Part shown: one piece after another, positions 1 to 12,973 of the stretch
Numbering within the stretch: the first letter of the stretch is position 1
Layout of the letters: each line of letters begins with the position of its first letter
Assembly: GCF_009914755.1 (NCBI RefSeq)
Contig: NC_060930.1
Length of the DNA: 64,000 bases
Direction: 5' to 3' (one strand)
DNA from: the human T2T-CHM13v2.0 reference genome, Homo sapiens
Notes under the pieces: model-generated
What the model was told of the DNA's origin: nothing
Databases searched by the model: none
What the model saw: the letters and a program-made list of their open reading frames with translations, nothing else
Made by a program: the position numbers and the translations under genes

Positions 1-969
1 CAATTTTCCATGTGACATAAATAATATCGCATTAGAATTGCTATGGCTGGGTGGTCTTGCCCTCAGTCACCCAAAGGCCTCACAGGAGCAACTGACCCGG
101 TTAAGGGATCCTGTTGCTAAAGTATGTCATGTGACCTGAGCACTTGCTCTCAGTAACGGAGTCACAGACTCTACAACCACATAGAAAATGTTTCTCTTGT
201 TCCATAACTCTAACTGAAAGCAGCTTATTACCTTAGCTTTCCATACCCATATATTTGTTTATGGGAGGAGCCATACTGAAATATTATCATGGCTTTGTCC
301 TCCCTGTATTTTTCCCTTTCTACCCTTTCAAGCAAGTAGCCAGACAATTTTATGCCCTGTGATAATGGGATGCCTAAGAAGTTACAGAGCCAAAAGCAGA
401 AGCTTCCTGCAAGATAATTCCCTTTCTTTTGAAAAAGGCTAAGTTCTTTAAAGAGGCTACACTCATTGTCCTGGAGGAAAAGGTCCTTTGAGAAAGGGTA
501 AAAAAAGAGTAATGATTTGGGCCTTCATTGAAAAAAGGAAGATCAGAGTTCCAGACAAAGTGAGGACCAAGGCAATGCTTCTGGAAGGCCCTAGGTAGTG
601 CCTGATGCCAGAGTGGGGGCTGCACTTATACCCAGAGCTGGACCCTCTTCTCACCCCAAGTGTGGCACAAGGTCATAGAGCATTAGAACCGAAGAAGACC
701 ACATGGGCTACGACTATGGGCATCTCTGCAGTAACCAGGCCAGAGAGAGAACCAGCTCCAGTGCCTTGGGGCTCCACAAGACCCCTGGACCCTGGTGTAG
801 CCCTGAGCATAGGGCTCCAAGTATGTTAGAAACAGAATGTCTGGCTTCTCTCTCCACCCCACTGCAGGACAAGGGCTTAGAGTTGGATGAAGAAAACAAA
901 GAACTGGAGGTGTGGACTGATATTGTAACAATATCCCATACATTTCCCTAATTTTTTTTCTCTTCTTCT

Positions 970-1065
970 GTTTTTTTTTTTTTTTTTTATTTTGAGTTGG
1001 AGTCTTGCTCTATTGCCCAGACTAGAGTGCAGTGGTGCTCACTGAGCCTTGAACTCCCTTGGGCG
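970..1065 (-). mobile_element. Alu right-arm 3' fragment (old, J-like)
   Basis: Poly-T followed by GAGTTGGAGTCTTGCTCTATTGCCCAGACTAGAGTGCAGTGG, the reverse complement of the Alu 3' end; it stops abruptly. Confidence 0.85.
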
Positions 1066-1084
1066 CGGGAGGGGGGAGAGAGAG

Positions 1085-1085
<1 letters not shown>

Positions 1086-1163
<78 letters not shown>

Positions 1164-1165
1164 AA
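1086..1165 (+). repeat. (GAAA)20 tetranucleotide microsatellite
   Basis: 20 perfect GAAA units counted directly, inside a pure purine tract 1067-1182. Confidence 0.97.
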
Positions 1166-1182
1166 AAGAAAAAAGAAAAGAG

Positions 1183-2060
1183 CACAATTATGAGGGATGG
1201 GGTATTTCAAAGGGACACAGGCACTCGCCAACGAAAGAAGCTCCAATGGTCAAGGCAGGAACAACTTGAGCAACAAAATAAATAAAGTAGTTGAATGATA
1301 ACTCAATATCCTTGAGACCATACTGATGTATATACCTTATTGAATAAATAAATTTATGGAGAAGAAGAGACAAATTTATCATGCAGAATAATTCCAAATA
1401 ATTTATGTAGATTCTTCCCCAAGAAGGTAGAGCATAACTTCTCACTCACTAACTGTGAGCTGTGCAGAGGGAGTTCTTTCAACACTATACTACAGAAGGG
1501 AGAAGAAAAAGTAACTTTTCAGTAGAGAAACCTGCAAACACTACCTCATCTGGGTGTTCAAACTCAGCATCAACAGTGATAAGTCATGTTGATGGTATGT
1601 GCTCTTGATGTGATGTGATGAGACTGTCACGTTGACTATGTGGTCTTTTTCCCAAAACCCATAACTCCAGCCTAATCAGGAGAAAAGCATCAAACAAATT
1701 CCAACAGTGGGACGTTTCCAAAATAACCTGATCGGTACTCCTCAAAACTGTCAAGGTTATCTGAGAAACTGCTAGCCTAGAGGAGATTATGAAGATATGA
1801 TGACTAAATGTAATGTGGTATCCTGGGTAGGATCCTGAAACAGAAAGAGGACATTAGGCATAACTGAAGAAATGAATAAAGTATGGACTTTAGTTAATAA
1901 TAATGTATTAATATTTGTTCATATAGTAACAAATACGCCACACCAGTGTAAGAGGTTAATAATAGGGAAAACTGGGTGTGGGTATATGAGAACTCTACTA
2001 TCTTCACAACTTTTCTGTAAATTTGAAACTATTCAAAAAATAAACTTTATTTAAAATATA
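1183..2060 (+). mobile_element. Old L1 (L1MC/L1MD-type) 3' UTR fragment
   Basis: Typical L1M 3' end text (AATAAAGTATGGACTTTAGTTAATAATAATGT...CAACTTTTCTGTAAATTTGAAACTATTC) ending in an A-rich tail. Confidence 0.7.
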
Positions 2061-2439
2061 GAAGGCTCTTGGGTTTATTTTAAGCCTCAAAGAAATGAAT
2101 ATAATGGACTAAAAATTGGACAATTTATCACAAAGGCAGATATAGCTTAGTGGTAATAATGTCTGGAAAGACTATTAATATGTTAATTGGTTTATACCTC
2201 TATATATTGGTTTGTATTCTATTGGAAGCCCAAAATGTTATCCAGGAGATATTAATGTGCTAGCGATGAGACATTGTACTCAGTGATTCTAAGAAACATC
2301 TATTTACTTTAACAAGAATTTGATGGCTAAAAATGTTTAAATGATTTGAAAATTTCCTTCTGTAACTTCCCTATAAACTCCAAATTTCTTAGGGGTCAAT
2401 AAATCAATTATATATTTTTAAAAATCCTACCTTCAGCTT

Positions 2440-3550
2440 TTAAACACTTGAAAAGCTGTCCAACCTCACTCATAAGAGGAATTATATAAAGTGGAATAGT
2501 ATTTTTATCACATTCATAAAAACCCAAAAGTGATATTGGCATAGCTGTGGAAAAATAGGCACCTTCATACATTGTTGTGAGAACATAAATTGGTAAAACC
2601 CCAATGGAGGCGATCTGGCAAAATCAAAATTATAAATGATTATATCTTTTATTCAACAATTCCATTTCTAGGAATTTATCCTACAGAGATACTCACATAT
2701 ATGCTGATATGGTTTGGCTGTGTCCCCACCCAAATATCATCTTGATTTGTAGCTCCCATAATTCCCACGTGTTGTGGGAGGGACCCAGTTGGAGATAATT
2801 GAATCATGGGGGTGGTTTCCCCCATACTGTTCTCTTCATAGTGAATATGTCTCACAAGATCTGATTATTTTATAAAGGGTTGCCCCTTTCACTTGGCTCT
2901 CATTCTCTCTTGATTGTCACCATCCATGTAAGATGTGACTTTGATCCTCCTTGCCTTCTACCATGATTGTCAGGCCTCCCCAGCCATGTGGGACTGTGAG
3001 TAAATTAAACCTCTTTACTTTATAAATTACCCAATCTTGGGTATGTCTTTATCAGCAGCGTGAAAACAGACTAATACACATGCAAATAACATTAGTATAA
3101 GTTTATTCATTGCAGTTTTGTGTGTAATAGAAAAAGATTGAAAATGTCTATAAATGAAAAGTCTGATTAAATAAAATAAGATGCATTCCTACAATGAAAT
3201 ACCATGTGGCTATTTTTTTTAAAAAAAGAACAAATAAGCTCTTTATAGATTGATACAGAAAATCTTTAAAATATACTGTTAAGATAAAAAGCAAGATGCA
3301 GAGTAGTAGACATATCATTAATATAAAAGGGAGATAGAAATTGGTTCATAAATATATGTTAAAGTCCTTGGAAAGACAAACCAAATATTAACACCAGTGA
3401 TTACCAATTGGGGATGAGAGATGGGGTGAGGGGTAGGAACTGGGCAAATGAAAGACAAGAGTCTACTTTCACTGAATACTTTTTTATACCTTTTGATATT
3501 AGAACTACATAAATAGGTACTATAATACCTATTCAAAAAATCAAATACAT
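2440..3550 (+). mobile_element. Old L1 (L1ME-type) 3' fragment interrupted by a THE1 LTR
   Basis: L1 3' motifs (CAATTCCATTTCTAGGAATTTATCCTACAGAGATA; TTCATTGCAG; CAATGAAATACC) on both sides of the LTR. Confidence 0.6.
2705..3078 (+). mobile_element. THE1 (THE1B/C-like) MaLR solo LTR
   Basis: Starts TGATATGGTTTGGCTGTGTCCCCACCCAAAT, ends CAGACTAATACA; 5-bp TSD TATGC/CATGC. Confidence 0.92.
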
Positions 3551-4661
3551 TTTTAAACTCTACCTTGTGAGAAGTGGAAGGCCATTAACTGTGCTGCAGA
3601 ATTCTTATTCAGATAAAAAGCATAAATGTACTACCATATAGTATCTATTAGTCATTACATTTTCTATTTCCTTTAACTGAGTCAAAACAGAAACATCAGA
3701 ATTAAAGGCATCATATTCATTTTAGTATTTTGATATAGTTTTAACTTGCAAATAGTCTGGAGGTAGTTTTAGAGACATGATTTGTGACACATTTAGTCCT
3801 AGTTACATACAGCACTTTTCAAAAACATTAATGATATAAATTAATTCAATAACAGAACTTGAAGCTTGAAAGCCATTATTTCTCCCTAGCGAAGCTAATT
3901 TGTCTCCTGCAGGGACATGCCAAGAAGAAAATTTTGAGTCCTAACTCTGAGTCTCTTTGTTTAATCATTGTATTTTCTCTTACCAATGTATAAAATCTCA
4001 TATTTACAATTCTACAGCTAGGTTACTATAATTATCATTCCAAGCAACATATTATTTGTACCTGTTGTAATAAATATACACAATGCATAAGAGAAAAAAT
4101 ATGAACTCTTCTTCCATGAAGGTTTTCCAAATATTGGAGTGCAAAGGGACATAATTCAAATTTGTAAAGAAATTTTTGAGTCATTACCATAAGCTATGAG
4201 TTTTAGGCTGTAAATATAAAACAAATATATACTGCCCCTGTACTCCAAAACATATGACTAGTTAGAGAATAAAACAACTGTATATGTAACTCTAACACAA
4301 TACATAATATGAAGAGTAATGTATTAATAAAAGTGGGACAAATTGATACAGGTATATGAAGGAGGAGAAGATCTCATCCAGTTGAGAGGGATCAGAGAGA
4401 ACTTTGATGAAGAAGGTATCATTTGAGATAGTCTTGAAGAATGGCTAAGATTCCGATAAGCCAAACAAGAGGGGAGGTACTTAAGGTCAAAGGAATCCGT
4501 AAACCAAAAGATGATGCGTTTGGGAAATAACAACGCATATCATTCCCTCCAGCTTATAAAACTCTCTTATCTTAACAGAAAGAAGAAAAAAGGAGAAGTA
4601 GAGGAAGGAAGGGTGAAAGGAAAGAGGAAAGGAATAAATAAATGAAAGAATGAAAGAAGGG

Positions 4662-4789
4662 GGCTGGACCAGTGGCTCATGCCTGCAATTCCAACACTTT
4701 GGGAGGCTGAGGCGGGAGGATCACTTGAGCCCAGGAGTCCGAGACCTGTCTGGGCAACACGATGAAACCCCATCCCACAATATAAAAAT
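4662..4789 (+). mobile_element. FLAM (free left Alu monomer)
   Basis: Left-arm Alu sequence only; perfect 16-bp TSD AAAGAATGAAAGAAGG at 4645-4660 and 4790-4805. Confidence 0.9.
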
Positions 4790-4899
4790 AAAGAATGAAA
4801 GAAGGAACAAATGATAAAAGAAGAAATAAAGTTTCCGTGGACCCTACCTTCCTTTCTAGCTATTGTGAACCTCATTCATTCCATTTCAAGCTAAATTCA

Positions 4900-5900
4900 A
4901 ACCAAGACAAAGTCCATTCCTTGATTCCAGTTTCTCATTTTTTGCTCACTCTTCAAACTACTGAAATCTGGCTCCTGCCCACATCACTCCACTTAAACTT
5001 CTCTTCATAAGGTCCCCTACAACCTCATTGCCAAACCGTACTGGAGAGTTTTCAGTGTTCACCGTGCCTGACCATTCTGTGTCATTTGACTGTGTACCAC
5101 ATCCTCCTTCAAACTTGCTCCATGTGGTTTCAGCTCCACCAGTCTTTCTCCACTCCTACCTCTCCAGCATCTCCATTTCTCTGGCTCAACTTCTTCCTTC
5201 CCAATCCTTAAATGTTGGTATTATCCAGAGCTGTGTTCTTGCTCTCTCTTCTTCCTCCGTACGCTTACCCTGGGTAATTTTTTCCTCTCCCGTGACTTTA
5301 AATGCTACCTGTATGCCAGTGGTTCTCAAGTGACTGGGGGTGATTTCTACCCTTCAAGGGGACACGTGGCAATGTCTGACATTGTTTTGCTTGTCACAAT
5401 GGGATTTGGAGGAGGTGCTCCCGGCATCTAGAGGGTGGAGACCACGGAAGCTGCCAAACATACTACAACGCACAGGAATATCTGGCCCGAAATATCTCAC
5501 CACAAAGAATATCTGGCCTGAAATGCCAATTTTCCCAAGATTGAGAAATTTCTGCTACTTGCTAACGAATCTCAAGTTCCTTTATTTAGTTTCCATCAAA
5601 GCTAGATGTGCATTGTTATTACATATCCTATTGCCCTTCAAACAGCTCCACCTGTATGTCCCCCAAACATTCTAACCTCTAAATGTCTAAAACTGAACTT
5701 GTTTTTCTTATCAAAACCCATTTCCCCCTTCTGTGCTCCTCATCTCAATGATACCACCAGTCATCCAAGTTGTTTCCAGCCAGAGATCTGGAAATCAGTT
5801 TGACCTCCTGCCTGCCTTTCTTTGCTTACTGCCACACATCCAGTCAGCAGTTCTTTCCATTAAAAAGCTTTCGAATCAATTCCTCCCTCTTCTTTATTAT
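4900..5900. mobile_element. L2 fragment(s) interrupted by MER20
   Basis: Pyrimidine-rich L2-like text (CTCATTGCCAAA; TTAAATGTTGG; CCATCCAAGTTG-like) flanking the MER20. Confidence 0.5.
5317..5554 (+). mobile_element. MER20 (hAT-Charlie) DNA transposon
   Basis: CAGTGGTTCTCAA...GGGGGTGATTT...GGCAATGTCTG...TTGAGAAATTTCTG with terminal inverted repeats. Confidence 0.85.
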
Positions 5901-5964
5901 TGTACATCTTACCTAATTTATTGCTATATATACTTCCTAAGTTAATATCTGCTTCCAGTACCTG

Positions 5965-6210
5965 TAGTAATCAGAGTGCAGGCTCTGGAATCAGACAATC
6001 TGAGTTGGAATTCCCACTTTGGATTCCACAACTTTCTTGTTTCTTTCTTAGGCATGTTGCTTATACTCTCTAAATTTCAGTTTTTCTTCTTGAATGTTAT
6101 CAGTACTAACTTCATGAGTTGGTTGTGAAGATTAAATGATTTAATATATGGGATGCTCATGCAGTGTGAGGGAATGCTTATAAATACAGTCATTACTATT
6201 ATGTCACATC
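5965..6210. mobile_element. MIR SINE
   Basis: MIR core text: GGCTCTGGAATCAGAC...TCTCTAAATTTCAGTTTT...GTTGTGAAGATTAAATGA. Confidence 0.65.
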
Positions 6211-6520
6211 TTCAATCCATACTAAAACTGTCAGAGTGATCTTTCTAAGGCAGTCACACCTGATTAGGAGCCCATTTATTTCAAAGCCCATTTTATTTCC
6301 TCCGCATGGTGCTTAACCTCTCTTCACCCTTACTATTCATCTTCTCAAATAGAATAACGCTGAGCTAGAGGATACATTAAAAGTCATCTTGTCCACATAT
6401 CAGGGATGAGAAAACAGGCCAAAAAGTTTTCCAAATTTGATAAAATCTATAAAATTGTCAACCTAGAATTCCATACTCAGCTAAAATACCTTTCAAAAAT
6501 GAAAGTAAAATCAAGACTCA

Positions 6521-6813
6521 GACATAAGGCACAGTGGCTCATACCTGTAATCCCAGCACTTTGGGAGGCCAAGGCAGGAGAATCACTTGAGCCCAGGAGT
6601 TTGAGACCACCTGAATAATAAAGTGAGACCTCATCTCTACAAAAAATTAGCCAGGCCTGGTGGCATGCACCTGCAGTCCCAGCTACTTGAGAAGCTGAGG
6701 CAGGAGGATTGCTTGAGCTCAGGAGACCAAGGCTGCAGTGAGCCATGATTGTGCTACTACACTCCAGCATAGGTGACAGAATGAGACCTCGTCTCAAAAA
6801 AAAAAAAAAAAAG
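6521..6813 (+). mobile_element. AluJ
   Basis: Dimeric Alu with J-type text (GAGGATTGCTTGAGC, GCTGCAGTGAGCCATGATT) and poly-A. Confidence 0.9.
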
Positions 6814-7304
6814 AAGTTGAAAGAATTCATGACCAGAAGACCCACACTGCAAGAAATGCTAAAGTAAGTCCTTAAGACAGAGGAAAATAATACCAAATGG
6901 AAATACAGAACTCCACAAAGGAGTGCAGAGCATTGGGAATGAATACACGGGTAAATATATAGGATTTTTTCCTATTCTTATTAAATATTATTTAAATGTC
7001 CTTAAAAGAAAATTGACTGTTTAAATACAAATAATAACAATATTATAAAAATATTTGAAGAGTCATGTGAAAAATATATAACAATAATGGCAGAAAGACA
7101 GGGAGAAGTAGAAATGGAAGTACATTATTGTAAGGTTCTTATACTCCATGCGAACTGGTACGATATCCCTTGAAAGTAGACTGAGCAGAGTTAAAGCTAT
7201 AAACAATAAACTCTAAAGCAACCACTATAATAACAAAGAGTTATAACCAATAATCCAGCAAAGGAGACAAAAGGAAATCGTAAAAAATACTTGATTAATT
7301 CCAT

Positions 7305-7437
7305 TGCTGGGTGCAGTTGTGCATGCCTGTAATCCCAGCTGAAGAGGCTGAGGCAGGAGGATCACTTGAATCCAGGAGTTCAAGACCAGCCTGAACAACA
7401 CAGCAAGACGCCATCTCAAAAAAAAAAAAAAAAAAAA
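7305..7437 (+). mobile_element. FLAM monomer
   Basis: Monomeric Alu with poly-A; TSD ACTTGATTAATTC on both sides. Confidence 0.85.
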
Positions 7438-7823
7438 CTTGATTAATTCAAAGGGAGATATAGAAAGAAAAAAGGAGGGGAACAAAGAACACATGGCACA
7501 AATAGAAAACAAACTGCAAGGTGATCAATTTAAACCTAACCTTATCGGTAATCATATAAATGTAAATGGGACCTAAACAACCCAATTAAAAGACAAAGAT
7601 TCCCAGGAGGAATATTGGTGATTAATAAAAAAGAAGAGAAAAAGAAAAAGGCAAAGATTGTCAAATTGAATAAAACAGCACAACCCAACAATATGTTTCC
7701 TACAAAAAAAATACACTTTATATATAAAGACATAAAAAGATTAAAAGTAAAATGATGGGGAAAATATACTATGCTAACACTAATCAAAAGAAAGCTGGAA
7801 AAAAATATGATCAATTGCATTTA

Positions 7824-8039
<216 letters not shown>

Positions 8040-9277
8040 TTATATGATAAAGTTGTCAATTCATCAGAAAAACATAACAATCCTAAATGTCTATGCGTCT
8101 ATAACAAAGCTTCAAAACACATGAAGCAAAACCTGATAGAACTGTAGGGAGAAATATACAAATCTATCATTATAATTGAAGAATTTAACAATCCCTCTCA
8201 ATAATTAACAGAACAAATAAATAGAAAGTCAGTAAGAATATAGAAGACTCCAACAAAACTATCACATATATTTATAATATATAAATATATTGGGAATATG
8301 AGCTAATTACTATTTATAGAACATTCTCCCCAAACAACAACAAAATAGACGTTCTTTTGAAGTGCATATGGAACACTTACCAAGTTAGATTATAATCTGA
8401 GCCATAAGGCAAATCTCAAAAAATTTTAAAGAATTCGAATCATACAAGTATATTCTCTGACCATAAGGAAATTAAATCAGAAATTAAAAGAATGAGGTGA
8501 GAAATAATTAAAGGAAGAGATGTGTGATTAAGAGCATTATTCACTGATTCTCAGATCGTATTTTAGGGCAACAGTCAGAACAAATATGAATTCAACAGCA
8601 ATTTACTGTCTTTCCGCAACAAATCCTAAAGCTATGATTGAGTCACATGAATTCGTCACACACTGAAGGAGCATTGGCTGTCATTACTCTTGGGGGAAGC
8701 AGCTCTTATTATCTTCAGACAAAAACCAAAATCTTCCCACCCACTTAGGGGCATAATACATCACAAAACAGCATTCTTAACTGCTGGGTCAAAATATACA
8801 ACTGGCTGGGACAGCTTAGGGGATCAATTTTTTTTTAATTCTTTAAACCTTTCACGAAGATTTTATTTCCTTAATTTTAAAAAAGATTCACAAGTGGCTA
8901 ACTAGAAAGAGTGATTTAATATTTATTCAATAAACTAAATGTTCCTCCAGTTAGTACGTTTGAGGGGTTTAGTGCGGGAGGCTCCCCGGGTGACACCGTT
9001 CACCAGCTCCCCTCTGCTCTCCCGCTAGGGTTGGCCTGCACTTCTTGCTTAATGCTGAGTGAGTGTAGAAAGTAGAAGCCATGGATTTCAGGTTATGATC
9101 CATGCAAATGGATAGAGGAGCCAGAAAAGGAACACAAATACATTGAAAATATGGGAGGATGGGAGGCAGTAAGTTATATCTTCATATGATATGACAGGAA
9201 GTCAATTGATAATACCTATAACTAATAAATCACAAAGTAAGGACAGAGAATGTCATTTGATGGTATAGAAGAAACTA

Positions 9278-9697
<420 letters not shown>

Positions 9698-10499
9698 TTA
9701 CTTTAATTTTTTTAAAAACATTTTTAAAGTATAATAAAAATCACTAAAATCAATGAGGTGAATAGTTCAAGATTTCAGGACACAAGTTATGACAATTTTG
9801 TAAGTGTGTTAACAGTAGGCTCTAACCACCAATGATTAACTGCAACATCCTTCCCTCCCATTTGGTTTCCTTGAACTTACACTCCTTTGCCAGAGCATAT
9901 ACGTAAAATGCAAATTGACCTATATATCTTCTCTTTTTAGAGCATTTAGTAGACTCCTATGGCCCAAAGCAGCAAACCAAAGCTCTTAGACACAGGGTTT
10001 AAAAGTATCATACCTCTCCAGTGAAGTTTCTCACCACTCTCTGCATCACCACGGGCTTTGTGCTGCAGCAACACCAAAATGCTTTGTCCCCCACATACCC
10101 AGCCTGAGTGCCTCTTGCCAACCTCTACCCGCTGACCTGTAACCATTCTTCAAGACTAAACCAATGGGTGACTTCCACCACCAGGAAACCATCCCAGACT
10201 TTCCCCAAGGTAGGCAAGGTGCTTCTCCTGTCTTTCTTATATTTCCCTGTGAATATTTCCATCAAGGTCCCAACAATGTTATAGAGTGTTCTGTCTCTAG
10301 AACCCCTACTAAATGGTGAGTTTCTTGAAGTCAATCTTTGTATCCACAGTGCCTATCACGAGCACATATTACGTGCTCAACAAGAGCTTTTTTAGTTAGT
10401 TTTGAGGATGCTTTCAGGACTAAGAGGAGGTCGCATCTAATAAAAAATTAGATCTAATTTTCACTCTGAGTAAATTCATATCTACCACAGAATGATCTC

Positions 10500-10502
<3 letters not shown>

Positions 10503-10530
<28 letters not shown>
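10503..10530 (+). repeat. (AC)14 microsatellite
   Basis: Direct count. Confidence 0.95.
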
Positions 10531-10531
<1 letters not shown>

Positions 10532-11607
10532 AGAATATAAACAATCTATCCCAACTCATGGGCAGTTGCCTGAAGGGCATACCTTATTTATCCATCTAGC
10601 TGCTACACTGCTAGAAAAACTACCCTAAATTAACATCTAAAGAACTGCCTCTTTAAGCCTTTATTTTTTTAAATACAAGTAGCCCTGAGATTGGTTAAGT
10701 TGAATTATTGTCACTCTCCCTTTGGTGTGATTTTGCCAAGTCCATCATCCCCACACCCTCCTAATGCCCACAGAGCCAGCAGCCTCGAGGATGACAACCT
10801 CAGAGGTGCTGCAAGGAGCAGGAGAGCGCTGTTTTGGAATCTGGGGCACTGTCACATAGAAATGAAAGATGTGCCTGCTACATACACATGCTTTGGGATC
10901 CCACGATCTGGTTTCTGTTCAGCCACTGACTCATATCTCTGTGACACTGGGCAGGTTATTTTACCTCTCTAAGTCATGTTTTTAAGAGGCTACATTCTCC
11001 TGGTTTGTTGGAGGATTAAATGATGTCATCTCCATTGTGCTCTTCAACAGGGTATGGGGTAGTCTCCCAGGAAATATTAGTTATTGCCAACAGTACCCTA
11101 ATGGGCAGACCAAAAGCAGGGGACCCCTGGGGGTAAAGAGAGAAAGCTAGAAGGCACCAAAGACAGCCCTCAAATACTTGACAATTGTGCCTGGAGGCTG
11201 GAGTCTTGTACATTTAACTCAGCCTTTCCTTAGAGGGGAGTGGTCTCCCATATCATCCAGAGGTAGGATTAAGGCCATCCTCTACAAAGTGATCTACCTC
11301 CTCCTCAGGTTTTTATACATTTCCACTTGTTGCCCCTACTGACTGCAAAATCTGGAAGCAACAAGGAATCCTTCCACCACATAAGGTGTGAAAGAGGGAG
11401 ATGGTTCTGAAACTTGTGTGATACTTACATACCCTCTTTGTCACATATGGCCGTGTACTAGTACACTGAGTGACTTCTCCAAACATGTGGATAAGGAAGG
11501 CTCGTAAGAGAGAAAAATCCCTTCTATACCTCAACCTGGTTGCCAGTGGCTTCAGGTGAAAGTGGCTGGGGTAGGTGGACAAACTGACTTGCTTGTAAAT
11601 CTTAAAT

Positions 11608-11789
11608 CAATGGTTTTCAAACTCAGGCATGCATCAGAAGCACCTGGAGGACTTGTTAAAACATGGATTGCTGGCACCTCCCTGGAGTTTCTGATTCATG
11701 AGGTCATGGGGCCTGAGAATTTGCATTTCTAGCAAGTTCCCAGGTGATGCATCTACTGCCACTCTGAGAACGCACGTTGAGAACCACTG
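11608..11789 (+). mobile_element. MER5A (hAT-Charlie) DNA transposon
   Basis: CAATGGTTTTCAAACT...GAATTTGCATTTCTAGCAAGTTCCCAGGTGATG...TTGAGAACCACTG with terminal inverted repeats. Confidence 0.88.
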
Positions 11790-12623
11790 CTCTAAAGAAT
11801 ACACTATGAAGTTCAAAACAACTAAATTTTACTTTTATTTCCAGGGAAAGAAAAGGACCACAAATATATTTTATAAATTATTTTAGTGTTTCTTTAAAAT
11901 AATTTATTCTTTTTTAAAAATGAGGTATACACTACCAAAAAAGTATCTTTTTATCAAGTAGTTCCAATCAAGTTTTTCAAACTTAATTACACACTGCTAT
12001 TTAATTGTTATTAACGTCATGGTCTTAAGATTTGCGAGTTAGAAGAAATTCCAGTTGGTATCAATGGACTTCCATATGCAATATATGCACAGAATATGAA
12101 AAACTATTTTCAAATATTATTGATATGGTGCACATCTCTATACAAGTTGTTTCTGTAGATCTAAGACAACTATTTTCTTTTTATGGTAATTTAATTTTTC
12201 TAGGTTACTAGTAATACTTGATATTATTCTACTTTGTTTCTTCAAACAGGATGAGGAAAGCATTTTATAAATCCCTTTAAAATTAAAGCCAGAGAGCCCA
12301 TCATCTTTTGAAGCACTTCCACAGGTGCGAACTGGTTCAACCTTTTTGGAGAGAACTTTACCAATATGTATCACAACCCCTAAAAGGTTTCAGATGCTTT
12401 GACTCATTAATTCATCTTCCAGAAACCAGTCTGGAGGGAATAATCTGACAGAAGGTTTAAGCACAAAAACATTCATCACTGCATTATCTATAATAACAAA
12501 ACCTGTAGACTCAGTTATCACAATAGGGGATTCATTGAGTATCAAGCTATGATTTCAATATACGTTGGCATATTTAGCAGCTCTTAAAAATGAAGAATTA
12601 TTAGCAGCATGAGAAAATACTTA

Positions 12624-12973
<350 letters not shown>

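Noticed and set aside
987-1285. ORFs with KERK/FLSF repeats
   Set aside because: Translations of the (GAAA)n microsatellite
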